From assembly GCF_014641945.1 (NCBI RefSeq), contig NZ_BMIJ01000005.1, positions 222,718 through 286,717 of the forward strand: 64,000 bases of DNA, read 5' to 3'. Positions 1 through 10,780 of the stretch are shown in pieces. The stretch comes from Marinobacterium zhoushanense. Its GTDB lineage: Bacteria > Pseudomonadota > Gammaproteobacteria > Pseudomonadales > Balneatricaceae. A program made the position numbers and the translations under genes. How positions within the stretch are numbered: position 1 is the stretch's first letter; each line of letters begins with the position of its first letter. Below the pieces are notes generated by a model. It saw only the letters and a program-made list of their open reading frames with translations, searched no databases and was not told the DNA's origin.

Positions 1-591
1 AGCCTGAAGGTGCTGCCCAAACCCTCGGACAGCCGCACCCTGGTATTTGAGGCCGGGGCCGACGAGGCGCTGTCGATCATGAATCGCCGGGCCGCCGAGC
101 CCAAGCCGCTGAGCGGTGCCTGCTGGCTCGACGGCAAACTCTATCTGCGCCTGAGCGGCGCCCACTCGGCGGTGGCGTCGACGGCCGGTTACTGGGGCGG
201 CAAGCCGCTGGAGTACGCCGAAGATTTCTGGCAGCAACTGCGCGATCAGCAACTGCCGTTCTTTAACGCCGCCAGCGAGCAGCCGCTCTGGCGTTTCTCG
301 GTCAATCCTACAGCACGTATACCCAGGCTCGATGGCCGCTGGCTGATCGACTGGGGGGGCGCGCAGCGCTGGTACCTGGGTCAGGAAGGGCAGGGTCCGG
401 CGGATAAGGCTGAGATGGAACGCCTGGCCGCCGCGGCCGGTGGTCAGGTCAGTCTGTTCCGCGGCGGTGACCGTAGCGCCGAGGTGATGCATAGTCAGCC
501 CGAGGCGATGCAGCGGTTGCAACAGCGGCTGAAGCAGGCGTTCGATCCGGACGGCCTGTTCAACCGCGGACGTTTATATAGCTGGATGTAG
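1..591 (+). CDS. glcE: Glycolate oxidase FAD-binding subunit GlcE, C-terminal part (5' end outside window)
   Basis: In-frame ORF from window edge with no start codon; immediately upstream of glcF with a 13-nt gap; C-terminal region reads like GlcE. Confidence 0.65.
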   Translation, partial: SLKVLPKPSDSRTLVFEAGADEALSIMNRRAAEPKPLSGACWLDGKLYLRLSGAHSAVASTAGYWGGKPLEYAEDFWQQLRDQQLPFFNAASEQPLWRFSVNPTARIPRLDGRWLIDWGGAQRWYLGQEGQGPADKAEMERLAAAAGGQVSLFRGGDRSAEVMHSQPEAMQRLQQRLKQAFDPDGLFNRGRLYSWM

Positions 592-604
592 TGGGTGGCC
601 CGAG

Positions 605-1813
605 ATGAAAACTGAAATACTGCAACACTATCAGGCGACACCCGAGGGTCAGGAGGCGGAGGCGATACTGCGTACCTGCGTGCACTGCGGGTTCTGCACC
701 GCCACCTGCCCCACTTATCAGGAACTTAACGATGAGCGTGACGGACCCCGCGGGCGTATCTACCTGATCAAGCAGCTGCTGGAGACCGACCAGGTCAGCG
801 ACAAAACCCGGACCCATCTGGACCGCTGCCTGACCTGCCGCAGCTGTGAGACCACCTGCCCATCGGGGGTGGAGTACGGTCGGCTGGTCGACATCGGCCG
901 CGGCTTGATCGAACAGAAACTGCAGCGGCCGCCGTCGGAACGGCTGATGCGCTGGGGATTGCGCAAGATCCTGCCCTATCCTGCAAGGTTTGGCGCCCTG
1001 CTCAGGGCAGGGCAGACCTTCCGCCCGCTGCTGCCTGACGCGCTGAAGCGAAAGCTGCCGCCCAAGCGACAGGCGTCGCCCTGGCCCCAGCAGCGCCATG
1101 ACCGGGTGATGCTGGCGCTGGCCGGCTGTGCGCAATCCTCGGCGGCGCCCAATACCAATGCTGCTACGGCACGGGTACTCGACCGCCTGGGCATCACCCT
1201 GGTGGAGGCGCCTGAGGCAGGCTGTTGCGGTGCGGTCAGTTACCACCTGTCGGCACATGAGGAGGGGTTGGATTTCATGCGCAGCAATATCGACGCCTGG
1301 TGGCCCGCGGTCGAAGCGGGTTGTGAAGCGATCGTCATGACCGCGTCCGGCTGCGGTGCCATGGTGCAGGAGTATGGCCACCTGCTGTGCCACGATCCCG
1401 CCTATGCTGACAAGGCGGCACGGATCAGCGCGTTGACCAAGGATATCGGCGAGATCCTGCTGGCGGAGGACCTGAGTCGGTTAAAGACCAAGGCCGAGGG
1501 CAAGATTGCCGTACACTGCCCCTGCACCCTGCAACATGCCATGAAACAGGGCGGGGTAGTGGAGCAGGTGCTGAAAAAGGCCGGTTTCGAACTGGCGCAG
1601 ACACGGGATAACCACCTTTGCTGTGGCTCTGCCGGCACCTACTCGATCCTGCAGCCGCAGATGAGCCAGCGTCTGCTGGAGAACAAGCTGAACGCCCTGA
1701 CCGGCGACCATCCGGACCGCATCGTCACCTCCAATATCGGCTGCCAGCTGCATCTGGAGACCCGGGCGGAAGTGCCGGTGCAGCACTGGATCGAGCTGCT
1801 CGATGCACCCTAG
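605..1813 (+). CDS. glcF: Glycolate oxidase iron-sulfur subunit GlcF
   Basis: Two ferredoxin-like Cys clusters (CxxCxxCxxxCP at N-terminus) plus C-terminal CCG-type Cys motifs; 402 aa. Confidence 0.85.
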   Translation: MKTEILQHYQATPEGQEAEAILRTCVHCGFCTATCPTYQELNDERDGPRGRIYLIKQLLETDQVSDKTRTHLDRCLTCRSCETTCPSGVEYGRLVDIGRGLIEQKLQRPPSERLMRWGLRKILPYPARFGALLRAGQTFRPLLPDALKRKLPPKRQASPWPQQRHDRVMLALAGCAQSSAAPNTNAATARVLDRLGITLVEAPEAGCCGAVSYHLSAHEEGLDFMRSNIDAWWPAVEAGCEAIVMTASGCGAMVQEYGHLLCHDPAYADKAARISALTKDIGEILLAEDLSRLKTKAEGKIAVHCPCTLQHAMKQGGVVEQVLKKAGFELAQTRDNHLCCGSAGTYSILQPQMSQRLLENKLNALTGDHPDRIVTSNIGCQLHLETRAEVPVQHWIELLDAP

Positions 1814-1822
1814 TTCAATGGC

Positions 1823-2626
1823 TCAATGGCTATGGGTCGACTCGAAGATCTTGTCGGCGTTACCCTCGATAAAGCCCTGAAACAGCTTGCCGGGTGACTC
1901 CTCGTAGCGCAGTGCGAACTCGTAGAAGCAGCTCGGTACGCGGTGGGTCTCGCCCTCGGCAAAGGTCACCGCGATACGGTCGGCCAGCGTCGACGATTGC
2001 TCCAGCAGCAGCTTGGGCGAGCCCTTGATCTCACCGCCCACGTCGTTGAGCGCGTAGCCCTTCTCCTTCAGCAGGTGGTTGACCGCTTTCAGGTTGGGCA
2101 GCGTCTCCAGGTGATTGACGCTGACCGTGAAATGGTTGGCCCGCAAGCCCAGTACCGACAGCCAGGCCGCGTATTCGCTCTCGTCGCGCAGGGCGCGGTA
2201 GGCTTCGTGGGTGGGCATGGCCCAGAGTCGGCCACGCCAGAAGATATCAGGGCTGGATGCGGCATCACGGGGGATCTGTGCGATATAGGTGTGCAGTATC
2301 GCCTGTACCTTGTCGGAGAGCTTGTCGATCTCCAGTTCGCTGAGGAAAATTTTCGGAGCCGTCTCATCCTGCTCATGCATGTAGGCGCGTGCATGTAACT
2401 TCTTGCTTTCGAAGCGATACTGACCGTAAGCGCGGTAACCGAGCTGTTCCAGCAGCGGTTGTAACCGCTTCAACTCGACCGGGCTGTCGGCCAGGGTGCG
2501 AAACGCCACGTGGTCGTTGATCAGCTGCTCGCCCCGTTCGACGAACAGCTGCTGGATCGCCTCCGCCTGTGGTGTGATATCCACATAGTCGTGCCAGAGC
2601 CGGTCGAAAAACTGGTGATGGTTCAT
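1823..2626 (-). CDS. DUF1338/YdcJ-family protein (HglS-like 2-oxoadipate dioxygenase/decarboxylase family)
   Basis: 267-aa ORF whose sequence resembles the YdcJ/DUF1338 fold family. Confidence 0.5.
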   Translation of the reverse strand: MNHHQFFDRLWHDYVDITPQAEAIQQLFVERGEQLINDHVAFRTLADSPVELKRLQPLLEQLGYRAYGQYRFESKKLHARAYMHEQDETAPKIFLSELEIDKLSDKVQAILHTYIAQIPRDAASSPDIFWRGRLWAMPTHEAYRALRDESEYAAWLSVLGLRANHFTVSVNHLETLPNLKAVNHLLKEKGYALNDVGGEIKGSPKLLLEQSSTLADRIAVTFAEGETHRVPSCFYEFALRYEESPGKLFQGFIEGNADKIFESTHSH

Positions 2627-2940
2627 GCCTCACCTCCTCCCATTGCTACAACACATGCGTACTGTCATGGGAAATTCATCTTTGCCTCTGTGTATGAGCG
2701 TAGAGCGAGTGGGGGAATCTGTCGAAACTGAGGTGCCATTAGGGGGCTACGCACTCTCCGCACAGCATTGCCGTATTTTGCCGGCCGGGGACATTTCTAA
2801 TGTACAGATGCGCTGCCTATTACCATACTGACCCGGATACTGTACGTAATCACCCATCCATGGGGCTGCTCGATCCGGGCGTGCAGGCACCATCGCAGTA
2901 GACAGTACGGGTTCGGCGTCAAGGCCGGGAACCCACACCG

Positions 2941-4617
2941 GTGAGTAGCCTCAAGGAACGGGGTGAACCCTGCATGGACCTTTTTGTGACCTTCTTCGCA
3001 GGCCTTGGCCTGTTTTTCATCGGACTGCGTGGCTTCGCTAACGCATTCAATAACAACAACAGCCGTTTTTTTCACTCGTTGGTCAAGCTCGCGTGTCGTC
3101 GCAAGGAGCTGTCTGCTCTGATCGGTACCGTCGCCGGTGCCATTACCCAAAGCGGTGTTGCTGTCGCCTTTGTTATCGTTTCCATGGCGTCTACCGGGAC
3201 GATTCAGGTGCGTCGTGCTGTGCCATTGATCGGTTGGGCTAACGTGGGGACGACCGGGTTGGTGCTGGTTGCCGCATTCGATATCCATCTATTGATCTAC
3301 CTGATGCTTGGTGTTGTCGGCCTGGGCTACTACCTGAAACTCTACGACAAGGAGCGGTTCCGCTTTCCGCTTGGCGTATTGCTTGGACTGGGCCTGTTGC
3401 TGCTGGGCCTGGCGATCCTGAAAGGGGGCGCGGGTAGGCTCAATGAAGTGGCGTTGGTGAGCGATTTTCTGTCTGACGCGGACACGTCGTTACTGCTGCT
3501 GTTTCTGGCGGCAACCCTATTCGGCACTGTTGCTCAGTCGTCGGCAACTGCGGCTGCCATTGCCGTGACCTGTATCGCGTCCGGTCTGTTTACCATGGAT
3601 CAGGCGCTGGTTGTGGTATTTGGCGCCAATCTGGGAAGCGCATTCTGCGTTTACTTTCTTGGGCGTGGCTTGACCGGTTCCGCCATGCAGATGGTGTTGA
3701 TGCAGGTGTGGTCCAAAGCGTTGTCGGTACTGATTCTTTTGCCGGTACTGGTGTTCGAGTTATACACCGATTATCCGGGAATCAAGGCGTTCACCGCCCT
3801 GTTAGTCGAGGATCCAGGCCTGCAACTGACCTGGGCCTCGCTGTTGATCCAGGTTGTTGGTGCATTGACGCTGAGTTACATGGGTGGGCTCCTGATGGAT
3901 CTCGCCGAGATCGTTGCGCCTCAAGATAGAACCCAGACGATGTCCCGACCCAAGTACCTTTTTGATCAGGCGCTGAACGATCCGGAATCGGCGCTTGGCC
4001 TTGTCGGTAAAGAGCAATCGCGCCTGGTTGGGCGGTTGCCACTCTACTTCGACGGACTACGCGCAGACGCGACTGGTGATGTGCTGGAGGTTAAGCTGCT
4101 GCATCCCGCCAGTATCAGCCTGGCGGCACACTGCCGACGCTTTATCTCTGAGCTGACAGGGCGAACACAATCGGCACCCTTGCTTGAGCGTGTGGCCGCT
4201 ATGCAGTCACGCAACGAGTTGCTGGTGCATATGCTCGAGGGGTGTCGTGAACTGCAAGTGATTCTGGGCTTTGCGTTCAGGGAGACGGCCGCCAAACGGA
4301 TGCGCGATAGCATGACTGAAGGGCTGCATGCGTTACTGCTGACGCTGGAGGACAGTTTGAGCGATTCGGCCGATGACTGTGAGATCCTGCTGTTGATGAG
4401 CAGCGATCGTTCGGGGCTTATGGAGAGGCTTCGCGGTGAGTTGTTGGAGTCAGAGACGTCGTTGAGCATCGAAAGTCGTCGGCAGTTGTTCGCCGCCACG
4501 ACACTGTTTGAACGACTGGTTTGGCAGATTCATAACTTTGCACAGTTACTGGCACGCAGCAGTTTACAAGGGGAGCTGGAGTCAGAGGCGTTGCCGTCAC
4601 TAAACTCCCCAGCCTGA
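2941..4617 (+). CDS. Na/Pi-cotransporter family protein with C-terminal PhoU-like domain (YjbB-like)
   Basis: N-terminal polytopic membrane region with a duplicated Na/Pi-cotransporter motif; hydrophilic C-terminal helical domain; GTG start at 2941, alternative ATG at 2974. Confidence 0.7.
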   Translation: MSSLKERGEPCMDLFVTFFAGLGLFFIGLRGFANAFNNNNSRFFHSLVKLACRRKELSALIGTVAGAITQSGVAVAFVIVSMASTGTIQVRRAVPLIGWANVGTTGLVLVAAFDIHLLIYLMLGVVGLGYYLKLYDKERFRFPLGVLLGLGLLLLGLAILKGGAGRLNEVALVSDFLSDADTSLLLLFLAATLFGTVAQSSATAAAIAVTCIASGLFTMDQALVVVFGANLGSAFCVYFLGRGLTGSAMQMVLMQVWSKALSVLILLPVLVFELYTDYPGIKAFTALLVEDPGLQLTWASLLIQVVGALTLSYMGGLLMDLAEIVAPQDRTQTMSRPKYLFDQALNDPESALGLVGKEQSRLVGRLPLYFDGLRADATGDVLEVKLLHPASISLAAHCRRFISELTGRTQSAPLLERVAAMQSRNELLVHMLEGCRELQVILGFAFRETAAKRMRDSMTEGLHALLLTLEDSLSDSADDCEILLLMSSDRSGLMERLRGELLESETSLSIESRRQLFAATTLFERLVWQIHNFAQLLARSSLQGELESEALPSLNSPA

Positions 4618-4702
4618 CGAAAAACGCCGGTACCGCTAGCATGCTAGTAATTCGGTACCGGCGGGAAGTGCTCGCCCAGCTAAAAGTACGCGGGTGCCCG
4701 AA

Positions 4703-5287
4703 TTACTTCGGCGTAGCTTCCACGTCGATCTGCAGGTTGATCTCGTCACTGATCGCCGGCAGGCCGTAGTTCATGCCGAACTCGCTACGCTTGACCGTAC
4801 CGGTAGCGGTAAAGCCAGCCAGCGGCTGCTTGTTGAACGGATGCGGACCTACCTTGTTGACCACCAGGTCCAGGGTAACCGGCTTGGTCACGCCGAGCAG
4901 GGTCAGGTCGCCCTCGAGCTTGGCAGTGTTGTCACCGGTCTTGGTGATCTTGGTGCTCTCGAAGGTCATCTCCGGAAACTCGGCCGCGTTGAAGAAATCG
5001 GGCGAGGCCAGGTGTTCGTTACGCTTGCCGTGAAAGGTGTTCACAGATTCGGTATCGATACTGATATTCACGCTGGAGTTTTCGATGTTGTCGGCATCGA
5101 ATGACAGGTCGCCTTCGAACTTGTCGAAACGGCCGAACATGTTGGAGAAGCCCAGGTGGTTAACGTTGAATACCACCGCGGAGTGAGCCATGTCCAGTGC
5201 GTAGGGTTCCGGAGCTGCCTGAGCGATTCCGGTGGTAGACAGGCTTGCAGCCAGCAGGCCAGCGCCAAACAGTGCTTTTACATTCAT
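4703..5287 (-). CDS. YceI-family periplasmic polyisoprenoid-binding protein
   Basis: Signal peptide (MNVKALFGAGLLAASLSTTGIAQA) followed by a YceI-like beta-barrel sequence; 194 aa. Confidence 0.8.
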   Translation of the reverse strand: MNVKALFGAGLLAASLSTTGIAQAAPEPYALDMAHSAVVFNVNHLGFSNMFGRFDKFEGDLSFDADNIENSSVNISIDTESVNTFHGKRNEHLASPDFFNAAEFPEMTFESTKITKTGDNTAKLEGDLTLLGVTKPVTLDLVVNKVGPHPFNKQPLAGFTATGTVKRSEFGMNYGLPAISDEINLQIDVEATPK

Positions 5288-5352
5288 CTTCCTATCCTCT
5301 GATTGAGACTGGTCGAAGCCAGTTGGTTTAAAGGGTTAACAGGTTATCGGTA

Positions 5353-6189
5353 TCAGTATCCCGAACCGCTCGGTTCGAGCATCATCCAGGCGGTGCCGAC
5401 CGCTACGGCGCAAATTGCCACGGCGCTGCCGGTGACCAGCACCGCACGCAGAGGCTGGTTCTCCATCTGGCGTCCAATACGGTCCACCAGCAGCAGCGGG
5501 GTCAGCAACAGCAGTGCCCAGCCATTGGCCTTGGTGTAAAACAGCATCTGTGTGCCCAGTGCCAACAGTGCGGTCAGTGCGCTCAACTGCGCGGTGGCAT
5601 TGAGCGGGAAGCGCAGGGTCGGCCAGTTCCACAGCAGGAAGCCGCCGGTCGCCGCCATCAGCGCGAAGCAGGTCTGGGCCATGGAGGCAGAGGCGCCGAT
5701 CAATGCGATTGCACCGGTACCGGCGCTGGCCAACAGCAGCAGGATGCCGCCATCCAGGCTGTCACGTCGGGCCAGGCAGCGGTGCTGCGCCAGCAGTGTC
5801 GCGGCGAACAGCATCGGCAACAGTATCCAGCCGGCAATATCGATACGGTCGAAACGTCCGTAAAGAAGCCAGCCGATGCCGGCAAGCGCCAGCACCGCCA
5901 TGGCAGTTTGCTGCACACGGGCCTTCAGATCGAGGCTGTCGATCAGCAGACCCAGCAGCAGTGCCCCCGCTACCAGATAGGGGAGTTTCTGGGACGAGGA
6001 GCGAGGGGGAAACACCGGCGCCTGGATCAGCGCCTGACAGATCAGGAAACTTACCGCAATGGCCGCCGCGGCCAGACGAGCACCGAATACCGGACCAAGC
6101 ACGAGGCGCAGCAGGCCGGTCAGGCCCAAGCTTAATAACAGTGGCAGTACCGCGCTTTGGATTAGGGGATTATCCAGTATGGATGTCAC
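5353..6189 (-). CDS. Hypothetical polytopic inner-membrane protein
   Basis: 278 aa with about 8 hydrophobic segments; no family recognised; divergent from the ompR-like gene. Confidence 0.45.
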   Translation of the reverse strand: MTSILDNPLIQSAVLPLLLSLGLTGLLRLVLGPVFGARLAAAAIAVSFLICQALIQAPVFPPRSSSQKLPYLVAGALLLGLLIDSLDLKARVQQTAMAVLALAGIGWLLYGRFDRIDIAGWILLPMLFAATLLAQHRCLARRDSLDGGILLLLASAGTGAIALIGASASMAQTCFALMAATGGFLLWNWPTLRFPLNATAQLSALTALLALGTQMLFYTKANGWALLLLTPLLLVDRIGRQMENQPLRAVLVTGSAVAICAVAVGTAWMMLEPSGSGY

Positions 6190-6381
6190 GTTCTCTCCTC
6201 ACCTGATCTGATCCTGGACCTATTAGGCCCGATAAATGTAATAAAAGTTTTTCGAAGTCGGATCATTTTGTCGCAATCTGTATCAAGCCACGCAATGGGC
6301 ATAGATTGATACAATTGACATTCGCACTCCTGCCCGGTGATCGGATAAGCTGATGCAGTAGTACTACCGGTTAGCACGATC

Positions 6382-7095
6382 ATGAACAACACACCCCATA
6401 TTCTCGTTGTCGACGACCACCAGGAGATCCGCGATCTGGTGGCCAACTACCTCGAGCAGTTCGACTTCCGCGTCACCACCGCCCGTGACGGCCAGGAGAT
6501 GAAAAAGATCCTCGAGGTCAGCGCTATCGACCTGATCGTGCTGGACCTGATGATGCCGGGCGAGGATGGTCTGAGCCTCTGCCGTCAGCTGCGCGAATCG
6601 AGCCAGATCCCGATCATCATGGTTACCGCGATGGCGGAGCAGACCGACCGCGTGGTGGGACTGGAGATGGGCGCCGACGACTACCTGACCAAGCCGTTTT
6701 TCCCCCGTGAGCTGCTGGCGCGGATCAAGGCGGTGCTGCGCCGTGCCGAGGCCTTGCCGCGTCAGCGTGATGCGCTGGAGGTGGAAAAACTCAGTTTCGA
6801 CCGCTGGGTCCTGGATGTGGCACGGCGGGAGCTGGTCGGCGAGGATGGTGTCGCAGTGCCGCTGAGCACCGCCGAGTTCAAGCTGCTGTCCACTTTTCTG
6901 GCCCACCCGCACCGGGTGTTGAGCCGGGAACAGCTGCTCGACCTGACCAGCGGGCGGCAGGCGGATGTGTTCGATCGCAGTATCGATAACCAGGTCAGCC
7001 GGTTGCGACGCAAGATCGAACGCGACAGCACCAATCCGGAGTTGATCAAAACCGTGTGGGGCGGCGGCTATATGCTCACCGTGGATGTCCAGTGA
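6382..7095 (+). CDS. OmpR-family response regulator (REC + winged-helix), close to OmpR
   Basis: Receiver motifs (VVDDH, LDLMMPGEDG, KP) and an OmpR/PhoB-type C-terminal domain; aligns with E. coli OmpR along its full length. Confidence 0.85.
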   Translation: MNNTPHILVVDDHQEIRDLVANYLEQFDFRVTTARDGQEMKKILEVSAIDLIVLDLMMPGEDGLSLCRQLRESSQIPIIMVTAMAEQTDRVVGLEMGADDYLTKPFFPRELLARIKAVLRRAEALPRQRDALEVEKLSFDRWVLDVARRELVGEDGVAVPLSTAEFKLLSTFLAHPHRVLSREQLLDLTSGRQADVFDRSIDNQVSRLRRKIERDSTNPELIKTVWGGGYMLTVDVQ

Positions 7096-8468
7096 TGCTG
7101 CGCTATCTGCGCCAGAGCCTGCCGGGACGGGTCATCGGCCTGCTGATCCTGATCCTGGGCATCGTCAACGCCACCACCGTGTATGTCTTTTTCGAGGAGC
7201 GCAGCCGGGCGGTGCGCCTCAGTCAGTTGGAGGATCTGATCTCGCGCAGCGCGGGGATGGACCGCCTGCTCGACGAAACACCGCCGGAGTTGCGTACCGA
7301 GGCGCTTGGGGCGGTCACCAGCGAGCGGTTCCGGTTCGATATCGGTGCAACCGCCACCGCCGACCCCTACAACCGCACCGGTGCCGAGCACCCGCTCTAT
7401 CAGCGTCTGGTAGCGCTGTCCGGTAACGATGCCGCGCATGTGCAGCTGTCGATCAGCCCACGCTACTACTGGTGCTACAGCTGGGTGCAGAATCTGCTCA
7501 AGCCCAACCTGCTGTTCGATCCGGGCGATGCCGCACTGCCGATCGCCAGCCTGTCGATTCAGCGTCCGGACGGCCAGTGGCTGAACGCGACGTTGCGCTC
7601 GCCTAGCAGCCTGCCGACCTGGATCGTGCCATTGCTGGTGGCGTTGGGGCTGTTTGCATTGACCGTTTGTGTCGTGGTGGTGATCGTGCGTCAGGTGTCG
7701 GCGCCACTGGGTTGTCTCAGCCGGGCTGCCGACCGTATCGGCCGCGGTGAGCTGAGCGAGGCAATTCCGGAGCAGGGCTCCGAGGATGTGGTGCGTACCA
7801 CCCGCGCCTTCAACCGCATGCAGGACCGGCTCGAACGCTTTGTTACCGACCGCACGCGGATGATGGCGGCGATCTCCCACGACCTGCGCACACCGTTGAC
7901 CATGCTGCGGTTGCACGCCGAGTTCATTCAGCCCGAGAAAAGCCGCGACAAGATTCTGTGCATTCTCAACCAGATGCAGGAGATGCTTGAGGCGACGCTG
8001 GCCTTTACCCGCGAGGAATCGGTGCAGGAGGAGCGGCGTGCCGTGGATCTGGCAGCGCTGATCGGCAGTATCTGTGAAGACCTGCGTGATCTGGGTCATC
8101 CGATCGACTATGACGAGTCCCAGCGCGTGCCCTACCTGTGCCGCTCCGGCTCCATCCGCCGCGCGCTGACCAACCTGATCGAGAACGCGTGCAAATATGG
8201 CCAGCAGGCGGAGGTCGAGCTCAGCGTCCGCGACGATCGGTTGCTGATCGCGGTGCGCGACCGTGGACCTGGCATCCCGGAGGCGGACCAGCTGCGGGTG
8301 TTCGATCCCTTTGTGCGCCTCGAGACCTCACGCAGCCGGGAGACCGGCGGTATCGGCCTGGGCCTCTCCATCGCCCGCACCATCGCCCACTCCCACGGCG
8401 GAGAGATCCGCCTGGCCAACCGCCCCGAGGGCGGCCTGGAGGTGGTACTGGAGCTGCCCACCCACTGA
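7095..8468 (+). CDS. EnvZ-like sensor histidine kinase
   Basis: ATG overlaps the regulator stop (TGATG); two TM segments, HAMP domain, H-box (AISHDLRTPLT) and N, G1, G2 boxes. Confidence 0.8.
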   Translation: MLRYLRQSLPGRVIGLLILILGIVNATTVYVFFEERSRAVRLSQLEDLISRSAGMDRLLDETPPELRTEALGAVTSERFRFDIGATATADPYNRTGAEHPLYQRLVALSGNDAAHVQLSISPRYYWCYSWVQNLLKPNLLFDPGDAALPIASLSIQRPDGQWLNATLRSPSSLPTWIVPLLVALGLFALTVCVVVVIVRQVSAPLGCLSRAADRIGRGELSEAIPEQGSEDVVRTTRAFNRMQDRLERFVTDRTRMMAAISHDLRTPLTMLRLHAEFIQPEKSRDKILCILNQMQEMLEATLAFTREESVQEERRAVDLAALIGSICEDLRDLGHPIDYDESQRVPYLCRSGSIRRALTNLIENACKYGQQAEVELSVRDDRLLIAVRDRGPGIPEADQLRVFDPFVRLETSRSRETGGIGLGLSIARTIAHSHGGEIRLANRPEGGLEVVLELPTH

Positions 8469-8511
8469 CCCTGCATTCAACGGGAACAGTGGATGGGACC
8501 TGCTGTAGCGC

Positions 8512-8958
8512 TCAGTAACTCTTGTAGGGCAGGAACTTGCCCGACATTACCATATTGACCCGGTCGCCCTTGGGATCGGGCTCGCGCTGGATATCCAGCG
8601 AGAAGTCGATGGCGCTCATGATGCCGTCACCGAACTCCTCGTGGATCAGCTCCTTGATCGAGCCGCCGTAGACGCTGACGATCTCGTACAGGCGGTAGAG
8701 CAGGGGGTCGGTGGGGATGCCGCCGGTGCCTTTGGAGGGTACGATCTGCAGCCAGGCCACCGCTTCGTCGGTGAGCTCGAACATCCGACCGACGATCTCC
8801 GCCTGCTCCTTGTTCAGGGTCATCTGGCCGAGACAGGCGGCGGTGGTCCACTCCTTGGAGAGGCCAACTTCCGTGGCCACATCCTTCCATTTGATCCCCT
8901 TGCTGACCTTGGCGGAGAGGATCATCTGAGTCACTTCATCGCGATTGCTGATCATCAT
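8512..8958 (-). CDS. cynS: Cyanase (cyanate hydratase)
   Basis: 148 aa aligning with E. coli CynS over the whole length, including the C-terminal catalytic region (…IHEEFGDGIMSAIDF…); RBS AAGAAGGA 6 nt upstream; lies 31 nt downstream of the kinase gene. Confidence 0.9.
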   Translation of the reverse strand: MMISNRDEVTQMILSAKVSKGIKWKDVATEVGLSKEWTTAACLGQMTLNKEQAEIVGRMFELTDEAVAWLQIVPSKGTGGIPTDPLLYRLYEIVSVYGGSIKELIHEEFGDGIMSAIDFSLDIQREPDPKGDRVNMVMSGKFLPYKSY

Positions 8959-8989
8959 GTAGTCCTTCTTGGTTCGTTTAGGGTTTGGT

Positions 8990-10720
8990 TCACATTAGCG
9001 GGTTGGCGAGCAGGTAGATCAGCGCGCAGGCCAGCAGGGCTGACACCCCCTGCCAGAACAACACCGGGTTGCGTTCGATCAGCGGCGGCCGGGTCTTGTT
9101 CAGGTACTCCCGGTTGGGATGGCGCAGATCGTAGATAAACTCCGATAGGTCGTCATAGCGCTTCTCCGGGCTTGGATGGGTCGCCCGTTTCAGTGCTTCG
9201 TCCACCCAGGCCGGTATCTCGCGCTCGTCATCCAGTATCGAGTCATACCTGAGTTTCTGCTGCGCCTTGGCGGTACGGCACTTGGCCACCTGGGTGCCAT
9301 AGGGGAAACGGCCGCTGAGCATCTGGTAACAGATCACGCCGAGCGAGAACTGGTCCGAGCGCTCGCTGCCGGGAAAGCCGAGAAAGTACTCCGGTGCCGT
9401 GAACAGTGCGGTACCGAGTACCTGTTCCTGGCGGCTGACCACTGTCGCTTCGGCGATGCCGGCGACCCGGGTGGCACCGAAATCGATGATCTTCACCGTG
9501 CCGTTGCGGTCGATCATGATGTTGTCCGGACGCAGGTCCTGATGCAGCATCTCCATGCGGTGGAAAGCGCGCAGACCGCGGGCGATCTGTTCGACGATCG
9601 ACCGCACGGTCTCGATATCGGGGCGCGGGTTGTCGATCAACCATTGGCGCAGGGTCTGGCCCTCAATGTACTCCATCGCCGTGTACAGGTAGTGGCGATT
9701 GCGGCCGGGCGACTCCGCCTTCAGCACGTGGGCGCTGTTGATGCGCCGCGCTATCCACTCCTCCAGCAGGAAACGCTCCAGGTAGTCCGGGTCGTCGGCC
9801 AGGTCGATGGCCGGGGTTTTCAGCGCCACCGGGTCGCCACTGGCCATATCCACAGCCAGGAACACATGGCTGCGGCTGGTGGCGTGCAGTTCGCGGACGA
9901 TCTCGTAACCATCGAACTGCATGCGCGGTTCCAGCATCGGCGGCAGCGGCAGCTGCTCGATCTGCAACTGCAGCTCGGCGTGTTCCGTCCCGGGCACCTG
10001 GTCGACACGGACGATCTGCAGGGTCAGGTTGTCACCGCTGCCCCGTTCCAGCGCGTGCTTGGCGATCTGTCGGGCGGCGTTGTCGAGGGATGTCGGGTGC
10101 TCACGCAGGGTGTTGAGCAGAAACTGGGTGTCGCTGTGTTCGTAGATGCCGTCGGTGGCGAGGATAAAGGTATCCCCGGGCTTGACCGACAGGGCCTGGT
10201 AGTCGATCTCGAGCTGATCGTCGATACCGAGCGCCCGGCTCAGGTAGCTCTCCTGCTGGGAGACCCAGAGCCGATGATCCTTGGTCAGCTGTTCCAGCGC
10301 ATGCTCGTGTACACGGTAGATGCGCGAGTCGCCGACATGAAAAATGTGCGCGGTGGCGGCTTTGATCACCATTGCGCTGAGAGTACAGACGTAGCCTTTA
10401 TCCTTATCGTAACGGTAGTCGCTGCGCCGGGTCTGGGAGTGCAGCCAGGAGTTGGTGGCCGCTATCACCCGCTCGGCGGCAGTGCGCACGGTCCAGGCTT
10501 CCGAGGTACAGAAGTAATCGTCGAGAAAGGATTTGACCGCGGCGGCGCTGGCGATCTGGCTGACGCTGCTCGAGCTGATGCCATCCGCTATCGCCAGGGC
10601 TGCGCCCTTGAGACTCAGTTGCGGCTCTTTTGGGATCAGCGCACCGTGAAAATCCTGATTCAGCTCTTTTCGGCCCTTGTCCGAATACTGGCCAACGCTG
10701 AGCTTGAGGTGACTGGTCAT
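8990..10720 (-). CDS. PP2C-type phosphatase / Ser-Thr protein kinase fusion with C-terminal TM anchor
   Basis: N-terminal PP2C motifs (ADGISS, ATDG, SGDN); kinase VALK, HQDLRPDN and DFG motifs; C-terminal hydrophobic helix; co-directional between the FNT gene and cynS. Confidence 0.8.
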   Translation of the reverse strand: MTSHLKLSVGQYSDKGRKELNQDFHGALIPKEPQLSLKGAALAIADGISSSSVSQIASAAAVKSFLDDYFCTSEAWTVRTAAERVIAATNSWLHSQTRRSDYRYDKDKGYVCTLSAMVIKAATAHIFHVGDSRIYRVHEHALEQLTKDHRLWVSQQESYLSRALGIDDQLEIDYQALSVKPGDTFILATDGIYEHSDTQFLLNTLREHPTSLDNAARQIAKHALERGSGDNLTLQIVRVDQVPGTEHAELQLQIEQLPLPPMLEPRMQFDGYEIVRELHATSRSHVFLAVDMASGDPVALKTPAIDLADDPDYLERFLLEEWIARRINSAHVLKAESPGRNRHYLYTAMEYIEGQTLRQWLIDNPRPDIETVRSIVEQIARGLRAFHRMEMLHQDLRPDNIMIDRNGTVKIIDFGATRVAGIAEATVVSRQEQVLGTALFTAPEYFLGFPGSERSDQFSLGVICYQMLSGRFPYGTQVAKCRTAKAQQKLRYDSILDDEREIPAWVDEALKRATHPSPEKRYDDLSEFIYDLRHPNREYLNKTRPPLIERNPVLFWQGVSALLACALIYLLANPLM

Positions 10721-10780
10721 ATACTCAGATGCCGAAAAAAGCCCCAGCCACCCGCAGGTGACCAGGGTTTGGAAGGAAGG

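Noticed and set aside
6186-6446. 86-aa minus-strand ORF overlapping the ompR-like start
   Set aside because: Overlaps the promoter and 5' end of a well-supported regulator gene, with no RBS or homology; likely non-coding.
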